From positions 1 through 64,000 of the forward strand of contig NW_020843442.1 of NCBI RefSeq assembly GCF_003704095.1: a stretch of DNA of 64,000 nt. Reading direction: 5' to 3'. The DNA comes from Pocillopora damicornis. Its lineage: Eukaryota. The translations under genes and the position numbers were made by a program. Positions 25,501-38,755 of this stretch are shown piece after piece; position 1 is the first letter of the stretch; each line of letters begins with the position of its first letter. The notes beneath the pieces are model-generated. The model saw nothing but the letters and a program-made list of their open reading frames with translations, made no database searches and was not told the DNA's origin.

Positions 25501-28174
25501 CAGGAAAGTTCTGATAAAAGGTAAAAATTCTCTCTATGAGAGGAATTTTTTTTTTTAGTTGCACAAGCTTTACAAGAGCTGTAACTCTTTCAGTACTTAA
25601 TCAGTAGGCCACTTCTTATTGGCAACTTCATTTGGAATTTGAATGAAAAGTTATTTTTGTTTTGTAGACGATGATGATATCACAGATCTTGCAGAAGCCA
25701 TCATGGAAGACTGCGATGGAGAGGTGGGTACCTAATGTAAGCAATTTAGTGTAGCCTTTGTCAAGGAAGCTTGGTTGTCACATGCTAAATTTATTTTGGG
25801 TTTTTTTAATTTTTTTTTTTAATTTTTAGCTTGAAGAGATGGTTAGATGCCCAGATTGTTACTTGATGTCAAATTTACGAACTAAAAATTGGTTCTGCAA
25901 ACCTTGTGTAAGTATTATTTGAAAATATGTAATATCCAAGGTTTGATGATAATTTTAGGGCTTCTCCATTTAATATTAAAGCTGATGATTAGATTCTCAT
26001 TAATTTTGAGTTGAATAGTAAAATTAAAAAGGGATGCACCTTTCCTCTAGAGCAAGTATGTAAAAACAAAGATTAAGTAACCTAGCCAAAATTATGTCAA
26101 AACTCATACTAAAACTTCAGAAATGCAGCAACAGACTTATGTTCCACATGAGTGACTGTTCAAAATATCTTTCTGTCACATTTTAGCTGTTAGAACAGAC
26201 TCCCCCTACCTCCTCTTCAATCAGTTTAATGAACAACTAAAAGCAACTCTTCATGTAACTCTGATGATGACTTCTGCTCAGGTTGTCAAAATGTCAGTCA
26301 CTTCTACAGACAACAGTCCATCTCAGGACTCCTTCACCCAGATAGTCACACTACATACTCATTTCTGATGTTGTAAATAGTTTTTGGATCAGTAATTCAG
26401 AGTGGGATTTCCTTTTTTTTTTTTCTTTTTGATTACAGTATTTCCCCCATGAGCTTGTGTGGGCAAAGATGACAGGGGAACCACCGTGGCCTGCTAAGGT
26501 AAGGTGATCTCATCAGAAAAATTTAAATCCTCTTTAGCTCTGCAGCATAAATCAGGCCTATCAAATGTCGCAGAGACAATGTTGTGATACTTTGATTATT
26601 GTCAAAAAGTGATAGGTAACTGTATAGAGACATGCTATGTTGTTGTGATAACAAGTTGGCAACAGTTATGTGATTTTTCTTTCAGTTGTTGAGTTGGAAT
26701 AATGATGAGACGAAAGCTCTGGTGCGATTCTTTGGGGCTGCACATCAAAGGTATTAGTGTATAATAGTTGAAATTATGTTTTTCACTCTGTTGGTTTTTT
26801 AACCTTCAGTAGTTCAGTCAAGCTTTGTTTGATTGAGATAATTGGAAAAAGAATTTTGAAAAACAATGAATAATTTTTTTTTACACAACTGAAGTTCTTT
26901 TTTCCGTGTCAACCAATAGGGCCTGGGTTGGCCGGAAACACGTGATGCCAATCACAAGTAAGCCGGAAGTCAAAAAACGATCTCAAAGATGGGTCCAGGC
27001 TAATGAAGAGATGAAAGAATATCAGAGGCAGCTGGCTCTGCTGTACCCGGACGCTAATAAAAAGGTATACGATGCTTTACAATGGTGTGATTTCCTCAGC
27101 TGTCCACAAAGAGAGCGCTGAAAGAGTTGGAGTTCCTTAGGTCGGTCGACATGATCCATTTTTCAGTCAAGGACCAAAAGCAATATAGGATTTCGTTCGT
27201 TTGTGCCTCGTAGTCGAGACATTTCACTCCCTTCTGAGCCAATCAGAGGCAAACCAAAACTAGCTTGTTCAACCGTGTCTAAGGTAGTTTACGGGTTATT
27301 ATTTAAGTTCTTACATGTCTCTCTGTTGTGATTTCTTTTGTTACGGCATTATTAGACAGTTTTAAAGCACCCTGAACTGATGGGAATCACTCTGTTTTAG
27401 GAAACTCCCCCTCTGCCAAAAACCGAGACCAAGGAATGTCAGACGGATGTAGTCTTGAATGAGGAAGACAAAGAAAAGATAAAACAGTTGGAAGAAAAGG
27501 TTCGGCAGCAAGAAGAGGAACTGAAGTCACTCCAGGCGGACTTGAAGTGCGAGCGGGAGCGCGCTAAGCAGCTGGTCGAAGGAGCGAAAAAAAAGAAGGA
27601 AGAACAAGACCAACGAGTGTTACGTGACAAGTCTGTGAGTGAACAGAAGGAAACATCCGAGAACTGTGGCAGTAGCGGCCCAACTATTGACCTTTCCATG
27701 ACTAGGGATCAGTCAAGTGTTATAAAAATGTTACAGGAGGCGCTCGAAAGAGAGAGACAAGATAAGAAAGAACTTATAGACAAAGTCACGCGTGATACTC
27801 AAAAGAACAGGGAGCGTGACATACAACAGGCTGTGAAGCGAGCCGTGAATAAGGAGAGACTAGAACGAGAGCGTATCACAGAGGAGGCAGTGAAGAAAGC
27901 TGTAGAGAAATGCAAACAGGAAAGAGACAGGCACACTCAAAAAACGCTGCAGATTGCTAAAGACGAGGCTGAAAAATCGGTGCAGGATGCAGTCAGCTTG
28001 GCTAAGAAGAAACAATGGTGTGCGAATTGCCATGCCGAGGCTTTTTATCCGTGTTGTTGGAACACAAGCTATTGTACTTTGGAATGTCAAAAGGCTCACT
28101 GGTGCTCACATAGGTTCCATTGTTTGAGGGTTACTTGTAGCTGCAATCGAGATAGCCCGATGACGCAATCGTGA
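19545..28174 (+). CDS. ZMYND11: ZMYND11/BS69-like chromatin reader (winged helix, PHD, bromodomain, PWWP, coiled coil, MYND). Exons 19545-19829, 22794-22970, 23730-23819, 24821-24913, 25285-25372, 25668-25723, 25830-25907, 26439-26498, 26686-26750, 26921-27063, 27401-28174
   Basis: [11 protein letters not shown]...[11 protein letters not shown] matches the ZMYND11 N-terminus. Also [25 protein letters not shown] (PHD), CPDCYLMSN...[28 protein letters not shown] and [33 protein letters not shown] (MYND). Confidence 0.93.
23005..23210 (+). mobile_element. SINE-like repeat (TGTGTTCTT-GGCA-ACA core family)
   Basis: Similar core to about 805-1005 (+), 55425-55512 (+) and reverse copies at about 4360-4640 and 49490-49740. 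Confidence 0.5.
23188..23281. repeat. Perfect 47-bp tandem duplication
   Basis: GAGGATTAATAATACTCCTGGTCACTTTCTGCAACTGATATACTCCT x2. Confidence 0.9.
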
Positions 28175-31100
28175 CGTCATGATTAGCCCACGTTGACCGC
28201 TGGTCTCAATAATGTAAGGTGACATGTACATGTAATCATGGTAACAGGTGGGGTTGTCTGATGTAGCAAGGTTTGTTTGTTAAGCGGCTTAGTCATAAAT
28301 TGTATCCCGTTCGCATCTAGGCTCGAATTCTTCCAATCTTTTAAGTCTGCTTATCGTTTCTTCAAGAAAAGAAACTTCTGGGAAGTAGCGAGGGCTTAAT
28401 CCCGAACTGCGGCCGTTGTCGAACCCAGTTCACTTTGAGTTCTTCCGTGCGAACGGGATATGTAATTAACAGTGCAACTCTACAATTACCCACAATGTTC
28501 TTTTCTGAAACACTCCCTAAATTAGCAGACTAAATCATTTGAAAGTGCTGTCAATATTTCACCATCAGTTAGAGTTCATAGAAGCTGAAACTTTTACCTA
28601 AACCAACGATAAATGCGTTGTTCTGGAAATTTGTGCATTGGAAGCTTATTGCCTTGTTTGACAATTTCGGGAATTGAAGCAAGCTGAGGTAATAATTGCA
28701 AAGTACCAGCCAAAGTAATCAAGTCATGGTGAAACCTTTTCATGGAAAGATAACGAACGGTTTGACATATTGCTCGTTTGTAATTTGTACATTCCTTGTA
28801 AGTGGTGTCGCTTATTTCGCGTTTTGCTTTCGTTTTGTTTTGTGTGTACGTTTTTATATGCCTTTTGTATGCCTTCCTCATGCTATATATTTTGTTTTTT
28901 TTCCTTTTTTTTTCCAGCTGTTTGTTCTTTTTTTGTATTTATACCTTTTTTACAATTTCCTTTTTTAGATCTATTTGTTTGTGTGTTTGTTTGTTTTTGT
29001 CTCTCAATGCTCTAACCTTATTCCTCGTTATAATATTTCGGTTGGTTTCTTCTTTTATAGATGTGGCTTTTCTAAAAAGTTTCAAGTTTCCCTTTTTACT
29101 GGTTTAGTTTTTCGTATTCTTGTACCTACCATTTTCAAAAGGCTTTTCCAACGTGTTTCCTATCTCAGTGCTCGCAGGGCGCAGCGAAATGCTATCGACA
29201 AATTAGTGTGTCCGCAACAAAATAAAATTTGACGTGGCATATTTATCGACTAAAAATGAATTCACCTAGAACATACATTACGACTGAACACACATTATAC
29301 AGAATCCTTTTAGTAATGTCTGCATGAAAAAGGAGACTGGACCGTATGTTTTCTTTAACCGTAGTTCTGCATTAGGAAAACGTTTTCAGTTTGAGAAAAT
29401 TCCGAATTCTAAATTTCTATTTTTATGATTGCATCCAAAGAAGATGCTTGTAAATAAAGCAAAAACGAGCTAGTGTAATTGTGTACTGTAACACTATGCC
29501 TCGGTGGAGGTTAAATGCCTTCCAAGGCGGTAGATTCTGATAGTTTTGATATGAGGTTAAATTCAAATGCAATATTTTTAAGATCATCAGTCTAGAAGAT
29601 TAACTTCTTAAACAGCATTTGTTTTTTTATTCAACTAATTGTGCAGTATACACATTGACGCTTTCAATCTAGACGTCATAATATAACTCTCCATACAGAT
29701 TTTGCTGGTTTGGAGATTGTAACCTTGAGGTTGATATGTTATCAGATTCTCCTAAATTTTGTTTTTCTTACAAGGAGAAATTAGAAATGGATCGCTTCCG
29801 GAAAGGAACGAGTTCACTGAATTGTTATGAAATTAGAAACGAAAAATGTTGAGTAGAAATAGAATAAGATTCCCAAAAGAGTTTATTATATGATTTGGAA
29901 TTGTGTCATAGTTCCAGTTTTAATCCTATCGACGCATAAAACAATAGCAATACCCAGATCCCTCTCGCGTCTGCGCCTTTAAAAGCGTGAGAGATCCAGC
30001 GACAAGATCAAGTTGGGGAGTTTTAAAGGAAAAAAAACCTGGAGGAAATTATATTTAGCGCTCAAACTGACCCTAAAGATTTTTTTCCCGCTTTTCTGTT
30101 GTATTGCTGTTGGTATTTTTGCTGCAGTTTAAGTTTCTTTTCATCTGGCGTCATTGGAATAACTCGAATTAGAGGAAATTTAGTTATCATCCAGAACGTC
30201 AATGTGAGTGACAAATTTATTCTCTAAAATGAAGACAAATTTACCACTGTACATTGTTTGCTTGGTGGTCCTTCGTTGCAGTTATATAAAATTTAAATGA
30301 GTTTGTACTGCACTCTTCAGAAGAAAGGAAGATAATTGTTCGTGCGTACAGATAAGTCGTCGGAGCTGGCAGCCTGTCATGTACGAAGAGTATAACCTAG
30401 TACTCGGACTGTTGACGAGTGGGGTTCGTGAATTGCCGGAATCATAAGAATTTAGGCTGGGCTCCGTAATTGGCAGTTTTTGTACGCACGAAAAATGTTT
30501 AAAACGTAAGGCACTGTTTAAGGAGGAATTATTGGTTTTTAGGGGTAAATTTTATGTTAACTTAAGTTTTGTGAGTTGTTTCAAACGCTTGACCCTGTGA
30601 AGAAGGTTAAATGGCTAGAAGTTTTTAAATCTTGGTATTTATGAGTAGTATTTATTAGAGGTAGTGCACTGTCCATGACAACTCCCTGCTTTTAGGGTTT
30701 GGTTTGGTGTATCATTTATTTCCCTCTGTTATTCAATATGCCAATTATCATAGCAAACGTATTTGCTTTAACCAATCAGAAAGTGGTGTTCGCTTTGACA
30801 AAGAGCTAACGCTCGAACCTCTTACTAAATTGCCCTGTTATACTCTTGCACCTACGCAGCACCTCAGTTTCTTTGGAAACTTACTCTCTTTATCTCGACT
30901 CTGGCTCATCATGCTTTGGAAACTTAACGTGAGGTGAAGATGACCTTCCACGCGCTTTTTGTTGGTATCATAACCACATTGCAGCGCTTTCGCATCGGTC
31001 ACCCCGTTTTCTGATTGGTTTGTTGCATAATCTACTTTGTTGTAATTGGCTTACCTGGTGTAGATGACACCTCTTACGTCATTGGGAACACTAGGGTGAA

Positions 31101-32003
31101 CTTTAGTGAATGGCTGTTAGGCAGTGATTAAAGATCGCAAACAGTTGATGTGATATGGGTATGTTGTTATTTTTAAAAAAAATTACTCCATTATCAATTT
31201 GAGATTTATGCCTCGCCAATATAAGTATTACGGATGAATTAAAGCATTTTTTGATTCCTAGAATAGATCAAAAGGAAAAAAGGAAAGGAAATTGGTTTCC
31301 CCCCCTCCCCAACTCCCTGCCTATCATCTCGGTGTCAGTCAATAAATCAATTAAGTAAACGGTATCTTTTCGTTGAAGTTGGTGAGCCCAGTGGAAAAAC
31401 AAAATCATGAAAAAAAGGAAAGGAGAAAAACAAAGAAATAAAATCGTGACCCATCGTTACCCAACGATTTCTAGCTGTGCAGACAAGACCATGAGAATGT
31501 CTATGTTTTATCCCTGAGGGCACGTCTAAGTCTACCGACACTACCTCTGAAATAAGGCGAAGACAGATTCCTCATCAAATCATTGGCAAATATTCAAAGG
31601 TTATTTTACAAAAATAGAGTTGATATTTTCCCGAATTATTTCTCCGCCTTTCGCAAAGATGTTGGACTCCTAGCCGCGGATTTCGAAGGGTGGATAACGC
31701 TATCCACTGGACAAACCACTATCCGTTGGATAATGTCGTACGTTTTGTTTTTTGACGCATATCCGCTGGATAGCGATTTATCAATATTGGACTGGACAGA
31801 GTTATTTTAGAACACAAGCCGCACCCAGGCCGCGCCCGGATCGGTTAAAACAAGAAGGCGACTTAGGCGATGGAGTAAGGAATTCGCTCGCTGCGAGAAT
31901 GCCTTGGTTTTCCACAGTTGCAGAGTGGCAGATGTTTCGTCCCGACTCATCGTTAGGAAAAAAGTGAACCAATATCGTCAATAATTTGATTGATCCGAAC
32001 AAA

Positions 32004-35000
32004 ATGTTGTCTAACTGCGCTTTGCGGCCGCTTCGCCGATGTCTCCCTGATACAAATCATCCGACATGTTTTAATTATCTGCCTACTCGTTTACTTGCGT
32101 TTTCTCGTTCACTTTGCATCGCCCATTCAATGGAAGCATGGACTATTGACGGATATGGTTCCAACGATGTTTTAGAACTGAGCAATGTACCGTTGCCCAA
32201 GCTTCAAAAATCAACAGATGTATTAATTCGTGTACGCGCAGCATCTGTGAATCCAATAGACTACAGAATGAGGAGTGGTTATGGTCAGACTTTATTGAAT
32301 TTGTGGCGTAAGGCCGAAAAGGTGGACGAATTTCCACTGATTTTAGGAAGAGATTTTTCCGGAGAAGTGTTGAAAACAGGAAGGCTAGCCAGAAGATTTG
32401 AAAAAGGGGATGAGGTAGAATTTTGTACACAATTAACTTATCTCGTAACCTACGAAGCGGCAAGGTTGCTTAAATATGTTGACTGTGAAATAAGCAGTGC
32501 ACGACGTTTTAATGGTGAGACTGTCAAACGTCTCATGTTTATTAAAACGCCATTTATTTTGGCTGTGATGCTATCTTCAGAAGTTTGAAATCAGAATCGA
32601 GCTGAGTTGTTTATTGAAATATACTTACTACAAAGTTTAAATTAAGATATGAGATGATTGCTAGAGGCACCTCAAGTATTACCAACGAGAAGAAGAGGAT
32701 GTTTAAGTTTCAAGTTGATTGGTATATATCAAAACATTTTATCTTTTATCTTAGAAGGATGCAGATTTTGTTCAGAAGTTAAAACTATATATTTGTTCTT
32801 CTCCACGTTCTCTAAGGTTTGGGGAACTCCAAGTGTAATTTCTGGAGGGACACATGCCGAGGTTGTAGTTGCCAGCCAAGATGAGGTAATTTGATTTAGT
32901 TTAGTATCGAAAACACTGATAAAGTGTAGATCAATTTGTTGCTGTTGGTGCTAAAGACATTTTTTTTCTGTCTTGGAATACTGAACAGTAGATCTCGATA
33001 AAACCCTCAATATGGACCCACCAAGAAGCAGCATCTCTTCCATATGTAGCGTGCACAGTGTGGACAGCTCTGATTAGTAGAGCAGGCCTTAAACCAAATG
33101 AGTGCCACAAGAAACGGCAAGTAAATCATCATAAGCAGAGATATGATCTTTGCAGGTGGACTGCAATTTAAGCAATTGCTGAAAAGAAGCTTTAAAAAAA
33201 TTGTTTGGCAAATTTGGTTCACTTTAAGCCCTGTGCATTGTAGCTCAGGTAGTAGTAACATCAAGCTAGTATTTTGGCAGGGTTTTGAATCCAGTCTTCT
33301 CTGAAATTGCGTAAGTTGCCTCCCACAGGCAAGAGTCATCTCTTTACTTGATTTTCATGTGCTCCTCAAATGAAATTTGTTTCATAAAAAAAATTGTAAA
33401 GCATCTTAGATGGGCTAGTCAAGTTAGATAGTAACCTCGTGTTGTTACATTGCCCAAGACAGCAAACTATACAACGTAGTTATGTCAGAGGTATTGCCCT
33501 GAAAAGTAATACTCTATGATTGAGTGACCTTTAAAAATTTTCAAAATGTTTTAGGGGTACATTGCTGTGTGCTTTTTGTTAATAAATAATCCCATAAAAT
33601 GTAGATATGTACTGTCAATACACTTCTCTTAGGGAAAGTGGAATGGTGTGTTTAGACATGGAGGATTACACAGAAATTCGGTTTAAGTTTCTCGTATTTT
33701 TTCTTAGATAGGGGAAAATAATGTCATTTTTTTCCTTTTTTCCACAGTGTTCTTGTCCTTGGTGGGTCAGGTGGAATAGGAAGCTTTGCCATTCAGGTAG
33801 TACTGGGTTGTACTGAATCTTGTCAAATGTTATGTTAACAATGCTCAGAGAACAGTTGCAGAACATGTACACACTCAAGAGGGCTTTACTTTCTTCCTTT
33901 CTCATAGCTGTTAAAGGCCTGGGGAGCATATGTTGTTAGTACTTGTTCCAGTGATGCTGTTGAACTCGTGGCTGGTCTTGGAGCAGATCATGTAGTTGAT
34001 TATACTGCATCTAACTTGGAAGATGAACTGAAAACAGTTGGGAGGTAAGAGCTTGATGTGTGCATTGTGTTGCTCAAGATATTTTTCTTTTTTTTTTTTT
34101 TCCTCTAATTTATGAAAAGAGTGATATGGACATGAATTTTTATTGGGTTTGAAATAGTAGAATGTAAAAGAATGTAGCACAATGCAGAATTGATAGAGTG
34201 AGATTCCATTAGATGGTGGACTAGTGAAATTTGGGACATTGATTTAGCTACCTCATCACTGGGGCAAACAGAGATGACATCATTGCTAAGCTTCATGCTT
34301 ATGGGTACTTATTGTTTACAAAGACCAGGAGTTTGAGGATCAAAACATGTCTATTGAACTCACTGAAACAAACATTAATTGAAAGTGTTCATTTAGCCAG
34401 TGATACAAATTAACTAAAGTTACAAAACATTCCATAACAGAGTGAAGTGATTTAAAATTTCTGCTTGTTTGTTTTAATAAGATGCATCGACATTCTCTTG
34501 ATATTTATGTCAGTTTCCATTTTGGAATTGGAGTATAAGCCTAAAGATAAACAAATTTTTACTCCTATATGATTATCAGTTGTGTTCTTGTAGTCTATTC
34601 ACTTACAATACTCCTTTCAGCAACATCTCTTATGTAGTGGTCTCTCTTAAAACTTAGTTACTTGTGACTTTAAGCTATTTACAGAATTTTGTTGAACATA
34701 AAGTGTTCCATTCTAAGTGCAGTTCATAATAGTCCATGGTTATTCATCTTTTTCATGTGAATTTCCTCATTTTGTTGTCAGCTTTGATGTAGTTCTTGAT
34801 CCTTTTGGAGGAGATCTGGGCAGGCAGTATGCCAGACTGTTATCAAAATGGAAAGGGTCAATTTTTGTGACGTTGGCCCCACCTGTTCTGAACAATACTG
34901 ATAAGCTAGGTGCTGGTCTAGGACTCCTGTCAGCTGGACAAAATTTGGCATCAACTGCCATTCCAGAGGTAAAATTGTGAATGATTTGCTAGTAGGGAAA

Positions 35001-36310
35001 AACTTTACCCTCAACTACTAAGAACTGATTGTCAATTCTTCCCTATAGCTGCAACACATTTCCTCGCGAATTAGTCAGGAGAATTTGGTGTTAGATCAAG
35101 ATAACTTTCATGTAATATGTTCGAGTATTCTTGTTATCTGTTTGCTGGATGATGTATGGATATTATAGGGAGAAGTTACCTGTCAATCACTTCTGACAAG
35201 TGTTCAACTGGTACAAATTTTACAGCAATTTTGGTCTAAAGTATGTGATTGGAATTATAGTTTTAGTCATCGATTTATTTTTATTTTGACAATAGTGTTG
35301 TTAGCCTAAAGCTATTACAGGGTCATCTGATTATTTGGAACATGAAATTAAAGGGAAATGGTGTTCTGCTTAAGTGTTCATCACATCTTTTTTAATATAG
35401 TTTGTTTTTTCACTGCAGGCACTATGCAGTGGAAATTTAGTTTCTTGGGGTTTCTTTAGTCCAAATGGTTCTGCGCTTGATCACATCTGCTCTCTCTGTT
35501 TGTCTGGGATGGTATGTCATTCATATTTAATTCTACATTCATGGAAACTCGTTAGTTATTTTCATTTGATCACATAGGATTTCAGATGAAGGCTTGATAA
35601 GGGTATCTGTTAATAATATGACTTACACAAAAAAAACCCTAGGGTTGCAATCTTGCTTAACTCACTTCTAATTAGGTCAAAACCATTTTACTTGTGGATA
35701 TGCACAGCACAGGGATGAGAAATGTAAGGATTTAATGTGCAAATAGGAGCCATAAGAGTCTGGGGAGAGCGTGCATCCTCTTAAAGGCAGTGGATTGTTA
35801 AATAATGTTAACTCACTTTTTCAATTTCATAGTTCAGAATACTAACCCACTGGCTACCCAAACCCTTGTTAGTCCCTAGAGGTTCAATTCTGTTTCTTGG
35901 AATCACAGGATTATTGGCTTTTAGTATAATCACTGTATATTTAATGAGTTCACCACTGTGCCACTTTGACTATTCTCATTTCATCAGGGATTGTGGTGAG
36001 TTAGTTGTTTTATTTGCAACCAGCTCATATCAGTACCTGCTAAAATTTGAATAAATATTCACCGGTGCATGGAAATTGATTTAATTTTACAACATTGCAC
36101 TATTGGGTGGGAGGAACAGAACATAAAGTTGACTAATTCATTTTTTTTTTTCCATTTCACATGCCCAAGATTAAGCCCATAGTTCAAGAAGTGTTCCCAT
36201 TTTCAAAGACAAAAGATGCCTATGCAAAATTAGAGGGAGGTCATGCAAGAGGAAAGATAGTTGTCAGTATGGATCCTGTTGATGCAACAGGAGAAGAACC
36301 TTCAGTTTGA
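32004..36310 (+). CDS. RTN4IP1: Reticulon-4-interacting protein 1, mitochondrial NADPH oxidoreductase (MDR family). Exons approx. 32004-32414, 32817-32886, 32992-33116, 33748-33797, 33908-34044, 34782-34968, 35419-35511, 36170-36310
   Basis: MEAWTIDGYG, AASVNPIDYRMRSGYG, EFPLILGRDFSG, AASLPYVACTVW, VLVLGGSGGIGSFAIQ and GHARGKIV, with an N-terminal presequence-like extension. Confidence 0.92.
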
Positions 36311-36882
36311 TTTTCATGACTCTTCTGTTCTTAAGTTATCAAATAGGATTTACTGTCAAGGTGTTCAGAGACGAGTTAATCAGTAAATTAACTCAAAAAA
36401 GGACCACTTTTTTCCGCAAGTTTAAGAAGAGTCTACATGCCTTATGACACAAATTCGATTACTTATGTTATCAGAGAGTTGTGTTATTCCCTTAATGGGT
36501 TATTTACTTCAGCATCATTGAAAAGATGTTGTTTCCATGACAATCGTATGTACAACAACAAAAAAAGAGAGAAAAGCTTGACACCCAACAGTTGGCCTGT
36601 GTGTGTTTGTGTGTGTTGGGAGGGGGAGGTCGATATATGCAGTTTTTTACGTCATCTGTATCAAAGCTTTCTATCGGACAGTCGTTTAACNNNNNNNNNN
36701 NNNNNNNNNNNNNNNNNNNNNNNNNNNNNNNNNNNNNNNNNNNNNNNNNNNNNNNNNNNNNNNNNNNNNNNNNNNNNNNNNNNNNNNNNNTCACTTCACT
36801 TCAGTTCATTTCAGTTCAATTTATCATTATTTTTATTGCAATTTAAATCTTGTCGTTCCTATTGACTATTGTAATCTCGTCA

Positions 36883-38755
36883 GGAGGAGGTTTAATCGAA
36901 AACATTCCTCGTGTCCTGCCCCATGGTTTGGGGGTGTCACTTGATGCTAGCTCTTGGAGCATGCCGTCAGTGTTCGGGTGGTTATTTGGACAAGGGAATG
37001 TAGCAACACACGAAATGGTGCGGACTTTCAACTGCGGTATCGGAGCAGCCCTTATTGTTGGTCAAGACATTGCTACTTCGGTTATGGAACATCTTTCAGC
37101 GTTGAACGAAAAAGCTTGGATTATAGGAAAGGTCACTGAAAATAGGGAAAACGTTGACAGAGTTATTGTTAACAATCTTGAAAGTGTGCTGTGCGAGTCT
37201 GCTAAAAGTGCAGACATTAAACACCAGGATGACAATGAAACTGTTAAACGACCAAAACTAAGCAGCGTAGAAATGGAGCGTGGAAAGAAAATGAAAGTAG
37301 GGGTACTAATCTCTGGCTCAGGAACAAACTTGCAAGCTCTGATCGATCACAGCTTACGGGAGGGCAGTAGTGCAGAGATTGCTGTGGTCATATCAAACGT
37401 GCCTGGAGTTCAGGGTCTAACGCGGGCTCAAACAGCTGGTATACCAACTAAAGTAAGCTTGATTCTGAAAACTGATTCAACTGCTTTGTGTGTTTTTGGC
37501 TCATTTTCGTCCTTTTTATACCCGCTTCATCTTCTAATATGTATATCTTGGCAGAGAAACTGATAATGAATCCCTCCTAACGTGAATCCGATTAGTTTGT
37601 TACAACTTGTACAAACAAGCTGTCCGTAACATGTCTGAGGTACCACAAGCGTTGAAAAAATTGTGAAATGCAAAGCAGCTTTGTCAGTAATAATGATAGT
37701 AATGAAAATGGTAATCATTTACGGACTGTATATGAAAACTGTGGTTTAAGAAATGAATTCGAAAGCGATCTTCGCCGTAAGGAACACTACTTAAACAGTA
37801 GTGTAAATAAGGTATGAGAAAAATTCACGCCTCTACAGGATGTGAACCCATGACCTCTGCGATACTGGTGTAGTGCTCTACCAACTGAGAGCTGTTAGAA
37901 AATGGTAGGGGTTGTGACGATAACGATAACGACTATGATAATGATGACGATAACGCTGATGGCAATAATGAAGATGACGACAATGTTACTGATAATGATG
38001 ATAACAACAGTATAATGATGATTATAATGACAACGCTACTGACGGGAAGCGTGAACATTTTTCGCGAATTTTCTTTCGCGGGTTGGTTATTTTCTTTTCG
38101 TCCTCGAAGACATTTCAGCAGGTCAACATACCTGAAATTTCGTTGGATTTAATTTTTGCTATTTTTTGCTCTAGCACCAGAACATTAACTACATATGAAA
38201 CGGTATGTTTTCAAATTTTCTCATTTGTTGAGTTCCATGGAGGAAAGGTATACGGGAGATTATTTGTAGATGGATATATGTGCAAAGAAAGCAATTGGAA
38301 CATAATTCGCATGAAGAGTTCTGTTGCATTTCATTTTCCGAGATGTCTTTTCGGGCGGGAACGCAGATTGTGGATTCTCTATTAACCAAAATTTTCACGC
38401 TTTGTGTTACATGTGTTATTTCTTACCAGTCTATATTCTGTCTTTGCAGAGGCTGCGAGAAAATGTTTTCGTTAAATTTCCGTTGTCTGTTTTCCAGGTA
38501 ATCAAGCACAAAGATTTCAAAAGCCGTTTAGATTTTGACATGGCAGTGCATGCAGCATTGGAAGAAGCTGGAGTAGAACTGGTTTGTTTAGCAGGATTTA
38601 TGAGAATTGTAACCGGCGAGTTTGTTCGAAAGTGGCGTGGTCGGCTGCTGAATATTCATCCCTCTCTACTTCCTTCATTCAAAGGCATGCATGCGCACAA
38701 ACTTGTCTTGGAGGCAGGTGTGCGCATATCAGGGTGTACGGTTCACTTTGTGGAG
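36883..38755 (+). CDS. GART: GART 3' part (AIRS C-terminus plus GAR transformylase). Exons approx. 36883-37452 and 38498-38755; last exon absent
   Basis: GGGLIENIPRVLP, EMVRTFNCGIG, VGVLISGSGTNLQALID, CLAGFMRI, LLNIHPSLLPSFKG and GCTVHFVE. Lies on a segment bounded by two 100-N gaps. Confidence 0.9.
37723..37890 (-). mobile_element. tRNA-derived SINE
   Basis: Reverse strand reads CTCAGTTGGTAGAGCAC (A box)...GGGTTCACATCC (B box-like), then a non-tRNA body; no acceptor stem. Confidence 0.65.
37915..38043. repeat. Degenerate trinucleotide (GAT/AAT/GAC)n repeat
   Basis: Read directly; intronic, next to a SINE. Confidence 0.85.

Noticed and set aside
28594-29232. Several overlapping 80-100 aa hydrophobic ORFs
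   Set aside because: Artefacts of T-rich low-complexity sequence downstream of the ZMYND11 stop.
37840-37890. tRNA gene (also 62704-62770)
   Set aside because: A/B boxes are present, but there is no complete cloverleaf or acceptor stem and a SINE-type body follows.
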